The translations under genes and the position numbers were made by a program. A DNA stretch of 32,000 bases from Tenacibaculum phage PTm1, in the sequence record AP019524.1; one strand, written 5' to 3'. Positions within the stretch are counted from its first letter, which is position 1. The number at the start of each line of letters is the position of its first letter. The notes below the pieces were generated by a model. That model searched no databases. It worked only from the letters and a program-made list of their open reading frames with translations, and was not told the DNA's origin. This document shows positions 21,272 to 29,532 of this stretch, one piece after another.

Positions 21272-21475
21272 ATGATTCAAGTAAATATTCCATCAACAGA
21301 AGTTAACAACATAAACGACCTAAAAGAATTAGACTATTTTCATCATGGTGGTAATATTTTTGAGTACTGTAAACAAGGTATTGAACAACTAGAAAAGCAA
21401 GGCATTGAGCCAACAGCATATAAAAATTTATTAATCATTGCCAATGAGATTAAAGAACACTTGGCGGAAGATTAA
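21272..21475 (+). CDS. hypothetical protein
   Basis: 67-aa ORF followed by a terminator. Confidence 0.6.
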   Translation: MIQVNIPSTEVNNINDLKELDYFHHGGNIFEYCKQGIEQLEKQGIEPTAYKNLLIIANEIKEHLAED

Positions 21476-21493
21476 ATATTTTGTTTGACGACA

Positions 21494-21525
21494 AAAACGC
21501 ACCAAATTGTGCGTTTTATTTTTTA
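21494..21525 (+). terminator. rho-independent terminator
   Basis: AAAACGCAC-caaatt-GTGCGTTTT followed by a T-rich stretch. Confidence 0.85.
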
Positions 21526-21564
21526 TATTTATTAAAATTATTTTGGTATTAAAAATAAAAGTGT

Positions 21565-21597
21565 TATATTTGAAGAGTCAAACAAAAAGAGATAACC
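21565..21597 (+). promoter_or_regulatory. promoter plus conserved leader
   Basis: TATATTTGAAGAGTCAAACAAAAAGAGATAACC before ATG 21598. Confidence 0.7.
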
Positions 21598-21867
21598 ATG
21601 AAAAAATATAATTTAAGTTTAAACAACGAGATTAACAAATTGTATAACACTCTTGAAGAGGCTAAGGCAGTTTATGATAGATACATCAGATTAGCTAGAG
21701 TTTATCAGAGTCAATTTGATGGGTATCAACATTTCGACCATATTGCAATTGATTTGGTTCATGTTGATGAGAATGGTGGTTTAGCACCGATTGAGTATTT
21801 AGAGTATTTTGATGGTGCTAAATTAGCCAACAATAGATGTGATTTAACAAATATTTTAGTAGCATAA
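21598..21867 (+). CDS. hypothetical protein
   Basis: 89-aa ORF with promoter-like leader. Confidence 0.65.
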   Translation: MKKYNLSLNNEINKLYNTLEEAKAVYDRYIRLARVYQSQFDGYQHFDHIAIDLVHVDENGGLAPIEYLEYFDGAKLANNRCDLTNILVA

Positions 21868-21870
21868 GTT

Positions 21871-22230
21871 ATGAAAACATTAAGAAACATTTTAATATTT
21901 GTATTGATGTTTGTAGCATCATATACGTTTGGTCAAGAACCAAACCAAGAACAAAAAAATGACATCAGTTTAATAATTCAGAAGAACACCAATGATTTAT
22001 CCAAGCATATTGAAGTTAGATTTTTTGATGGTGACCTAATAGAAATTAAATCAACAAAGAATATTGAATATATTAGTGTTTTTAATTCAAATCAAAATAT
22101 CTTCATCAAATATGGTGTTAATGATACTGTTAAATATATTCCAGTAAAATCATTAAACAAGGGTAGAAATATATTTGAATTGAAAGAACGAAAATATTAT
22201 ATAATGTTCAGCATAATAAAAAACAATTAA
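21871..22230 (+). CDS. putative secreted/periplasmic small protein
   Basis: N-terminal signal peptide-like MKTLRNILIFVLMFVASYTFGQE followed by a hydrophilic domain. Confidence 0.65.
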   Translation: MKTLRNILIFVLMFVASYTFGQEPNQEQKNDISLIIQKNTNDLSKHIEVRFFDGDLIEIKSTKNIEYISVFNSNQNIFIKYGVNDTVKYIPVKSLNKGRNIFELKERKYYIMFSIIKNN

Positions 22231-22236
22231 ACATTT

Positions 22237-22395
22237 ATGAGTGTAATTTTAATGCATGATACGATTAAGAACATCGAATCAAAAAACAGGCAAGATATTT
22301 TAGTTTATTTACAAAATAACTTCGATATCGTAAAAGAGAACGCACAATGTAATCGAAATGGTGCAAAGTATTACTTATTAAAATCAAAGGAATAA
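22237..22395 (+). CDS. small protein (52 aa)
   Basis: MSVILMHDTIKNIESKNRQDILVYLQNNFDIVKENAQCNRNGAKYYLLKSKE; stop overlaps ATG 22395 (TAATG). Confidence 0.5.
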   Translation: MSVILMHDTIKNIESKNRQDILVYLQNNFDIVKENAQCNRNGAKYYLLKSKE

Positions 22396-22434
22396 TGAAT
22401 AACACAGAATTAATATTAAACTTATTACAAGGTA
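22391..22434 (+). repeat. direct repeat A, copy 1 (44 bp)
   Basis: AATAATGAATAACACAGAATTAATATTAAACTTATTACAAGGTA, identical to 23914-23957. Confidence 0.95.
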
Positions 22435-22598
22435 TCAGAATACAGGCAACGTTAAAAACAATTTACGAAGGAGTAAAAGGGCAATATTATGGAGGAGAAG
22501 AAGCTTGGGAATTTATTAAAAATTATAGTGGTTTTGACTTAAAAGAGATTTTAACAAAAATAGCTAACAAAAGAACACTAGAATATGGAGCTAAATAA
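22395..22598 (+). CDS. chimeric ORF: first 13 codons shared with 23918..24442, then unrelated sequence
   Basis: MNNTELILNLLQG followed by IRIQATLKTIYEGVKGQYYGGEEAWEFIKNYSGFDLKEILTKIANKRTLEYGAK. Confidence 0.5.
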   Translation: MNNTELILNLLQGIRIQATLKTIYEGVKGQYYGGEEAWEFIKNYSGFDLKEILTKIANKRTLEYGAK

Positions 22599-23832
22599 AA
22601 TATACAAAGGGAATTGCATAAAAAGATTAGCTGAATTAGAATCTAATACAGTTGACTTAATATATTTTGACCCACCATTTTTTACACAAAAAAACACACT
22701 TTAGTAACAAGAGACGAAAGTAAAAAATATGAATTTAGTGATAATTGGCAGTCTTTAGAGGATTATCTACATTTAATAGAATCTTGTCTTATTGAGTGTA
22801 AACGAGTGCTTAAAAATTCAGGAAGTGTTTTTCTACACTGCGACAAAGTTGCTTCTCATTATATTAGAGTAAAGTTAGACAAAGTTTTTGGTATGAAAAA
22901 CTTTAGAAGCGAAATTATTTGGAGTTATAAAAGATGGTCAAATTCAAAAAAAGGTCTTTTAAACTCTCACCAAAATATATATTTCTACTCAAAAAGTAAA
23001 GATTTCAAATTTAATAAATACTTCACAAATTACGCACCAACTACCAATATTGACCAAATTTTACAAGACAGAGCAAAAAACGTCTAATGGAAAATCTGTT
23101 TATAAAACAGATAAAAATGGAAAGATTGTTTTAGGTAAAGAGAAAAAAGGCGTTCCATTGTCTGATACTTGGGAAATTCCATATTTAAATCCTAAGGCAA
23201 AAGAAAGAGTTGGTTATCCAACCCAAAAACCAGTTTTATTACTTAAAGAGATTATTAAGATTGTTACAAACAAAGGAGATTTAGTTGTTGACCCATTTTG
23301 TGGTAGTGGAACTACTTGTGTTGCTGCAAAATCAATGGAAAGAGATTTTATTGGAATAGACGTTTCAAAAGATGCTGTAGAACTCGCTAATAGAAGATTA
23401 GAAGAAATGATTATTACTGACTCTGCTCTTTTAAATAAAGGTTATCAAAGTTATCTTGAAAAGTCAGATTACGAATCAGCTCTTTTAAAAAGTATAGACG
23501 CTTTACCTGTACAAAGAAATTCAGGGATTGACGGTTTTTTAAAAAATCATTTTAACGAAAAACCAGTTCCAGTAAAAATTCAAGGTAAAAATGAAACCTT
23601 GAATTATGCAATCAAAAAACTTGAAAAATCTTGTCAAGGAAAAGATTATGATTTAAAAATTGTTATTCAAACTAGAAAAGAAGCTAAAGGAAACCGATTA
23701 TTTGAATTAGTATCTGACGTAGAAATAATCAAGTCCGATAAATTGAAAATTGAGGAGTTGAAAACAAAGAGTACTGTGCCATTAAAAGAATATAAAGACC
23801 GTGAACCTGATTTCATGGAAAAAGACGATTAG
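22585..23832 (+). CDS. beta-class amino-DNA methyltransferase (probably N6-adenine), broken near 22691 and 23078
   Basis: GNCIKRLAELESNTVDLIYFDPPFFTQ (motif IV first), then YPTQKPVLLLKEII and VVDPFCGSGTTCVAAKSMERDFIGIDVSKDAVELANRR (motif I). Frames join after homopolymer corrections. Confidence 0.88.
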
Positions 23833-23915
23833 AATCCATGATAAAAACAACAATAGAAATAACATTAGCATCCTCTAGTAATTCACATGATAAAAGGATG
23901 AATTTAATAAATAAA
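23781..23915 (+). repeat. direct repeat B, copy 1 (135 bp)
   Basis: Matches 24391-24525 with one mismatch (AGAATCCATG / AGAAACCATG). Confidence 0.95.
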
Positions 23916-23918
23916 TAA
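23838..23918 (+). pseudogene. truncated 26-codon 5' fragment of the 24448..24873 gene
   Basis: MIKTTIEITLASSSNSHDKRMNLINK then TAA; the same N-terminus continues in the intact copy at 24448. Confidence 0.85.
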
Positions 23919-23957
23919 TGAATAACACAGAATTAATATTAAACTTATTACAAGGTA
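23914..23957 (+). repeat. direct repeat A, copy 2 (44 bp)
   Basis: Identical to 22391-22434. Confidence 0.95.
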
Positions 23958-24442
23958 AACAGTTTAAATATATGTTTACAGGAATGGTTGATGTAAATGA
24001 ACGTATGTCCGAATCATATGAATTAAAAACGTATGATAATACTGGTACAGATACTATTCATAGATTAAAGGTAGTTCCAACTAAATATAGTGCATCTGAA
24101 TACACTAACATGAGAGAGTGTAAATGTGCTAATGTTGTTGTTGGTGGAGTTAAAGAAATTCTAACAGGTAAACCATTTGGTGTTGGTTCTGAAATATATA
24201 AGGCTAGAATTTTAGTACATAACATAATTTTAGACCAATATTGTTCTATTCCAGTATTTGAGTTATATAATGATAATATCAAAGAAGTAAAAGTATTTAA
24301 CATGGATGTCAAGCGTGGTGAGCAATCATTACATAGTATTACCATTACAATGTTTAGTGGTATTGAGATAAGATTATCTAGTATTGAAACATTAAAAGAA
24401 TATAAAGACCGTGAACCTGATTTCATGGAAAAAGACGATTAG
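23918..24442 (+). CDS. hypothetical protein X (probable original locus content)
   Basis: 174-aa ORF; starts with repeat A codons and ends with repeat B codons (LKEYKDREPDFMEKDD). Confidence 0.7.
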   Translation: MNNTELILNLLQGKQFKYMFTGMVDVNERMSESYELKTYDNTGTDTIHRLKVVPTKYSASEYTNMRECKCANVVVGGVKEILTGKPFGVGSEIYKARILVHNIILDQYCSIPVFELYNDNIKEVKVFNMDVKRGEQSLHSITITMFSGIEIRLSSIETLKEYKDREPDFMEKDD

Positions 24443-24525
24443 AAACCATGATAAAAACAACAATAGAAATAACATTAGCATCCTCTAGTAATTCACATGA
24501 TAAAAGGATGAATTTAATAAATAAA
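24391..24525 (+). repeat. direct repeat B, copy 2 (135 bp)
   Basis: See copy 1 at 23781-23915. Confidence 0.95.
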
Positions 24526-24873
24526 AGCCAAACAAAAATTTTGGATTACCTTGATAAGAGGTTATTTAAGTATAATGTAAGAACAAGTGATTCTGATAAT
24601 ATACTACAAATAGTTAATAGTAGTATAGAGGACACTAAAGGTACTTACGAGGTATATCCAACAAAGTTAACATTCAATATAGAATATAAAACACAAAGTG
24701 AATTAGGTTCTTTATTGAAGACCAATGAACGAAATAAGGTTAGGTTATTAAATACTTATGTATCAAAAAATAACCAAGAAATTACATCAATTGTAAATAA
24801 GTTGGTTAAAAATCTTAATAGATGGTATTCAGGTAATTTAATTAACCAAGAAATTAAAATCACAAATGAGTAA
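24448..24873 (+). CDS. hypothetical protein Y
   Basis: 141-aa ORF. Confidence 0.7.
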   Translation: MIKTTIEITLASSSNSHDKRMNLINKSQTKILDYLDKRLFKYNVRTSDSDNILQIVNSSIEDTKGTYEVYPTKLTFNIEYKTQSELGSLLKTNERNKVRLLNTYVSKNNQEITSIVNKLVKNLNRWYSGNLINQEIKITNE

Positions 24874-25437
24874 AATAAAATTAATATCAGCAGTATCAAG
24901 AAACGGAATAATAGGAAAGAATAATACTCTTATTTGGAAGTTAAGAAAAGACCTAGCTTGGTTTAAGAAACAAACATTAAATACTGTTATGATAATGGGT
25001 AGAAGTACATTTGAATCACTTCCATCATTATTACCAAATCGTGAGCATTGGATATTATCTAGAACCATGAATATACAACCAATGGTAGAGTAAATTCAAA
25101 ACAAAGAGTAAGAGTATTTAGGTCATATGAAGAAGCTATTACAGAAGCAAAAGAGCGAGGTTTAGACGTTTCTGTTATCGGTGGGTCAAAAGTTTATGAA
25201 ACTGCCTTAAATCTACATGAGAAAGGCAAATATAAGCTGTATGAAGTTCTATTAACTGAATTAGAATCTATTGTTCTTGGTGATACTTACTTCCCACATT
25301 TTGAGAAGAAGAATTTTCATAAACATACTCTTGGAGTTGAAGAAGAGTTTTGTGATATAACCAAGGTTAATTATAAAATGTCATTTACTAAGTATGTTCC
25401 AAAAACTATTGTTCGTAAATTGGGTGAAAAGTATTAG
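24866..25437 (+). CDS. dihydrofolate reductase, frame-broken near 25063
   Basis: ISAVSRNGIIGKNNTLIWKLRKDLAWFKKQTLNTVMIMGRSTFESLPSLLPNREHWILSR; adding one A gives NHEYTTNGRVNSKQRVRVFRSYEEAITEAKERGLDVSVIGGSKVYETAL. Confidence 0.9.
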
Positions 25438-25556
25438 GTAAAAATGTTGTAGTCAAAGATAATTCACCAAAATCAATTGAGAATATTGCATTAGATTTTT
25501 ATAAATTTCCATTCAAACTACATAACGAAATTAGGGTTTTATGTGATGATAATTCA

Positions 25557-25868
25557 ATGGCATTTGATTTTTGTCATAGGGTTACACAAAATGCATTTGG
25601 TGGTAAAGGTATAGTGTTGGGTCAGCAGACCAAAGATAAGATTGTAAGACGTATTAATAATGACCATACAGTTACATTTAATACAAAGTTTAGGTACAAC
25701 AAATCAAAACAACACTTAGAGTGTTTAACGGACATTAATAATGATGAATGGAAGCCATTTGCATTAGTTCGTGGGTGGGGTAAATTACACACTAAGATGT
25801 CAATTGAAGACTCTGCAATAGTTCAGGATACATTCGCACAAATGATAGTTAATAAACTAAACGCATAA
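25557..25868 (+). CDS. hypothetical protein; true start probably upstream near 25444
   Basis: The same frame is open upstream (KNVVVKDNSPKSIENIALDFYKFPFKLHNEIRVLCDDNS) without a clear start codon. Confidence 0.55.
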   Translation: MAFDFCHRVTQNAFGGKGIVLGQQTKDKIVRRINNDHTVTFNTKFRYNKSKQHLECLTDINNDEWKPFALVRGWGKLHTKMSIEDSAIVQDTFAQMIVNKLNA

Positions 25869-25908
25869 ATTAAAACATACATTGTTTAATACATAAAAAG
25901 ATAATATT

Positions 25909-26498
25909 ATGGAAATGGTAATAGATTCATTAGAGAGAAGAGCAAGAGAATTTTTCTTTAAAGCACACAATGACACAAATCATACATACGGTGATAAACC
26001 ATATACATTCCACTTGGAACATACTGCGGATGTTGCTAGAAAGTTCGGTTATATTTTAGAAACACCTGAACGCATTTCAAAAGCTATCGCATGTGCATAT
26101 GGACATGATGCTGTATCTGATGCTAGGGTATCACGCAATGATATTTATAAAAATCTAGGTGATATTGATGTTGCTAATATTTGTTCTGATTTGGTTGAGG
26201 ATATGCATGGATATGTTCGTGATGATAGAAATAGTGATGCATATTATGCTAGAATTAAGAAGACTGTAATTGGTGTTTTCGTAAAATTGTGTGACCGAAT
26301 TGCCAATTTAGAAAATGGTATTTGGGAGGGTGGTACAATGTCAATAAAATATAAACAAGAGATTTTCAAGTTTTATGAAAATTATATCATCCACTTTTTG
26401 ATGATATGTGGGAATATTTATTCTCATTAGTGGATAATGTAAATTTACCATCAATTGAAAACTCATATAAACAATTAAGAAATAATTATAAACAATAA
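25909..26498 (+). CDS. HD-domain phosphohydrolase (SpoT/MESH1-like appearance), frame-broken near 26397
   Basis: ARAREFFFKAHND-type start, PYTFHLEHTADVARKFG, AYGHDAVSD, VKLCDRIANLENG. Adding one T joins to FFDDMWEYLFSLVDNVNLPSIENSYKQLRNNYKQ. Confidence 0.7.
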
Positions 26499-26508
26499 AT
26501 TATATAGA

Positions 26509-27168
26509 ATGAAGTTACGAGTATTACAAGTTGGTAGCGAAAACCAAGTAAAAATTAAAAAAGCAACAAGTTCAGTTGTTGTTGAAACATTTAGTGGTGT
26601 TGAGAATGAAAGTGTTATTTCTGTAACAGAAGAGAACACAACACCAAAATTAAATGATATTTTAACAGCACAAGTTGATGTTACAGGATTTTCAGATTTA
26701 ATGTTGACCGATGCATTAAATGTTGTTAATGTTTATGATGAGACAAGACAACGATTAGAGAATACATATGCTATTTTACAAACAACTGCTGATGGTACAA
26801 AACAATTATCTTTTGTTATTGGTGGTGCTACTGGTGAAGTAAAAGAAACCAAATTAAAGAAAGGTGAGTATTTTATTGACGTTGCTATGATGGTTGAAGA
26901 TAAGTCAATTTCAATGGATGCATATACATTTATGGTTGCACGTGTTCAATCTGTAGAAAAGGAATTAAGTGACATCCAAGAAGTTATTTATGGTGATTGT
27001 GTACAACGTGTTAACAATTTATTACGTGAGGGTACACCTATCAAAGATGTTAAAAATTCCGTAAGAGAATATTTTGAACCATTAGATGGTACTAAATTAG
27101 AAGATTTATCAAATAAAGTTATTGCTGAAATTAATTTAGCTGTAGCAAAACAAGCTGAACAAATATAA
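26509..27168 (+). CDS. hypothetical protein
   Basis: 219-aa ORF ending before a bidirectional terminator. Confidence 0.75.
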   Translation: MKLRVLQVGSENQVKIKKATSSVVVETFSGVENESVISVTEENTTPKLNDILTAQVDVTGFSDLMLTDALNVVNVYDETRQRLENTYAILQTTADGTKQLSFVIGGATGEVKETKLKKGEYFIDVAMMVEDKSISMDAYTFMVARVQSVEKELSDIQEVIYGDCVQRVNNLLREGTPIKDVKNSVREYFEPLDGTKLEDLSNKVIAEINLAVAKQAEQI

Positions 27169-27171
27169 TAG

Positions 27172-27202
27172 AAAAAATCCGAGGCATTGCCTCGGATTTT
27201 TT
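27172..27202. terminator. bidirectional terminator between convergent genes
   Basis: AAAAAATCCGAGGCA-t-TGCCTCGGATTTTTT. Confidence 0.9.
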
Positions 27203-27485
27203 ATTTACTTTTAATAACACCACTTACCGGGCCGTTAGGCGCACTAAGACCACTAACATCAAAATCTTGACTAGTGATATAATCATCAATTATTGTTGCT
27301 AGTTTATTAGATAACACATCAGCAAACGTATTTGCTGTAGCCTCACTAACCTTACTGATAACTACTTCCATACTATCATTTTCATTTACGATATTTGGGT
27401 CAAATGATTTTGCGGTTGCTTGTTTCTGTGCATCTTTAAAGACACTCTTTAAATCTGAACTCAATTTATTTTTATTTCTAGCCAT
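27201..27485 (-). CDS. hypothetical protein
   Basis: 94-aa ORF in a minus-strand group. Confidence 0.7.
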   Translation of the reverse strand: MARNKNKLSSDLKSVFKDAQKQATAKSFDPNIVNENDSMEVVISKVSEATANTFADVLSNKLATIIDDYITSQDFDVSGLSAPNGPVSGVIKSK

Positions 27486-27487
27486 GA

Positions 27488-28273
27488 TTAACTTGGTTTT
27501 GTTTTATCCACGGTAACAACTTGTGATTTAGTTTCGGGGAAAAAATTATTATTTTCTGAATGTAAACTATTTATTTTTGATTTAACCTCAGCACCAAATC
27601 CTTTAAATATTGGTTTAAGTGGTTTAAGAACTGATACGAAACTACACACGGTTGCTAATCTACTTGTCCATTTTTCAATCAATTCTGCAAGGGTTTTTAT
27701 TTCATCATTAAGTTTCTGTAGTGCGGTCATATTATCATTTCCAACAACTGCTGGTTGTTGTGATTTATCCTCACGTCCTATTGAAATATTATCCTTTGCT
27801 AAGTGTACTACTTGGTTACTACCTGCATTCTTAATAAATATTGTATTATCAGGACGAATAATAAATGTACTATTTTTATTATTCTTTTCAAGTTCTAACA
27901 CAACACCCTCACTTTCAGTAAAACTAACTCTAACTTTACCTTTGAGGTTATAACGTTCTAGGTCTTTTTCTAGTAATATTGATGCTGTTGTATAATCATC
28001 TTTCTTAACTTTACCTTTGTATGTACTTCTCTTTCTATACCATACAGGCATATAAGCAACATTATATGGAAATTCAACGAATACAATTTCACCTTGTGCT
28101 GGTAGGTCGTGTTCTATTATATCTTGTTTTGATTCTGCCCATGGAATTAATTCAACATCCAAATCATCAAAAACAGTTTGTACACGCACTTTAATTCGAC
28201 CAGCTTGTAGTGGGTCATCCGTTTGCACAACTACACCAAAAAATACTTCACTATTATTAATTTTTTTAAACAT
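27488..28273 (-). CDS. baseplate/spike protein with gp5-like OB-fold N-terminus
   Basis: FFGVVVQTDDPLQAGRIKVRVQTVFDDLDVELIPWAES...LPAQGEIVFVEFPYN resembles Gp5/VgrG OB domains. Confidence 0.7.
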   Translation of the reverse strand: MFKKINNSEVFFGVVVQTDDPLQAGRIKVRVQTVFDDLDVELIPWAESKQDIIEHDLPAQGEIVFVEFPYNVAYMPVWYRKRSTYKGKVKKDDYTTASILLEKDLERYNLKGKVRVSFTESEGVVLELEKNNKNSTFIIRPDNTIFIKNAGSNQVVHLAKDNISIGREDKSQQPAVVGNDNMTALQKLNDEIKTLAELIEKWTSRLATVCSFVSVLKPLKPIFKGFGAEVKSKINSLHSENNNFFPETKSQVVTVDKTKPS

Positions 28274-28281
28274 ATTGTATC

Positions 28282-29487
28282 TTAATTATAAACGTTACCA
28301 AGGTCTCCACCAGTTCTTTGGTTGTGCTTTAAACTTGGTATATCACTCATTTGACCTAGTGTTTGTCCTGCATTTATAACATCATCAACACCAAATCCAT
28401 AAACATTACCTAAATATAAACCACTAACAGCACCTCGTATTCTTTCTATTGCATCAGATGCTGTTGCTGTACCGAAGTCTTCAACTTTAGTACGCCACTT
28501 ATCAACATCAAGAAAGTCATTTACATTTACTTTGGTTCTAATAATATCCACACCACTACGACTTAATAGGTTTCTTTTAGAGAAAAATGAATCATCTGTA
28601 ACAACATTATTTACATTTGTGGTAGCCATTGATGCTAATGCTTTACTTCCAATTTGTGCGTTACCTAATAGTGATTTAAATAAACCACTTATATCATATT
28701 GTTCAAATTTAATTGCCAAGTTATTAAGGTTTGCATCCGACCTATTATTTGAAACACTTTCAAAGAAAGCACCACCACTAGGTGCATCGAATTGACAATA
28801 ACCTAAATCAAATAGTGTGTGATTTAATTGAGTGATATTCGTATTTTCAATTGTTTGTAGAAATTCTATAGATGATGCATTCAAATCACTAAATACTCTA
28901 TAATCATATACGAATATTGACATTGAAAACTGCCTTAAATTCTTTGGTAATATCCACTTTCTATTGTGGTGGTCATATGCTATAGATTTATACATTTGCG
29001 CAATACTACCAATTTTATTATCTACAGTTTCAAGGCATAAAATATTTAGTTGATGTTCTTTATAAATTTCCTCGAATGGTTCTGTATATAATTCTTGCAA
29101 TCCCTCAACATCCTGAAAAATCCATGGAGTTATTGAATTTACTTTAGAAAGTACATTAATAAACCTTTTAAGTAATTCATACTTTTCTGTATATCCAATT
29201 CTTTTTAGGTATGCTAGAGCAGAATCAATATAAGTTTCATCAGCAAGTAAACCACTTGTTGCATCAAAATGAAAGAACAATTTAAATCCTGAATATGTTG
29301 GGTCTGTAAGTACTTTAAACGTATCAAGAGAATTATCAATATCAGATACTACATTAACAAAGTTCTCTATTCCGTAATTAGAATTGTAAAGAATATTTTT
29401 ATTTTTGTAGTTTAATATTTTTGAATCGGTTAAACGTTTTATCAAAGATTTTTGACCCTCAGAAATTGGTGTTAGTAAATTAGACAT
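28282..29487 (-). CDS. probable baseplate/tail structural protein
   Basis: 401-aa ORF directly upstream of the gp5-like gene on the same strand. Confidence 0.5.
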   Translation of the reverse strand: MSNLLTPISEGQKSLIKRLTDSKILNYKNKNILYNSNYGIENFVNVVSDIDNSLDTFKVLTDPTYSGFKLFFHFDATSGLLADETYIDSALAYLKRIGYTEKYELLKRFINVLSKVNSITPWIFQDVEGLQELYTEPFEEIYKEHQLNILCLETVDNKIGSIAQMYKSIAYDHHNRKWILPKNLRQFSMSIFVYDYRVFSDLNASSIEFLQTIENTNITQLNHTLFDLGYCQFDAPSGGAFFESVSNNRSDANLNNLAIKFEQYDISGLFKSLLGNAQIGSKALASMATTNVNNVVTDDSFFSKRNLLSRSGVDIIRTKVNVNDFLDVDKWRTKVEDFGTATASDAIERIRGAVSGLYLGNVYGFGVDDVINAGQTLGQMSDIPSLKHNQRTGGDLGNVYN

Positions 29488-29532
29488 AGGTTTGTTTTAT
29501 ACTATGTATTATATAAAACAATTATACAAAAT

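Noticed and set aside
23050-23087. Possible programmed +1 frameshift in the methyltransferase.
   Set aside because: The break lies in an A6 run that can be corrected to A5 or A8; homopolymer error is the simpler explanation.
24058-24426. 122-aa minus-strand ORF opposite gene X.
   Set aside because: The plus-strand ORF is longer, co-oriented and start/stop-coupled to its neighbours.
22395-24442. Interpretation of the methyltransferase as part of a complete restriction-modification system.
   Set aside because: No adjacent endonuclease is recognisable; the neighbouring ORFs are a chimeric fragment, gene X and gene Y of unknown function.
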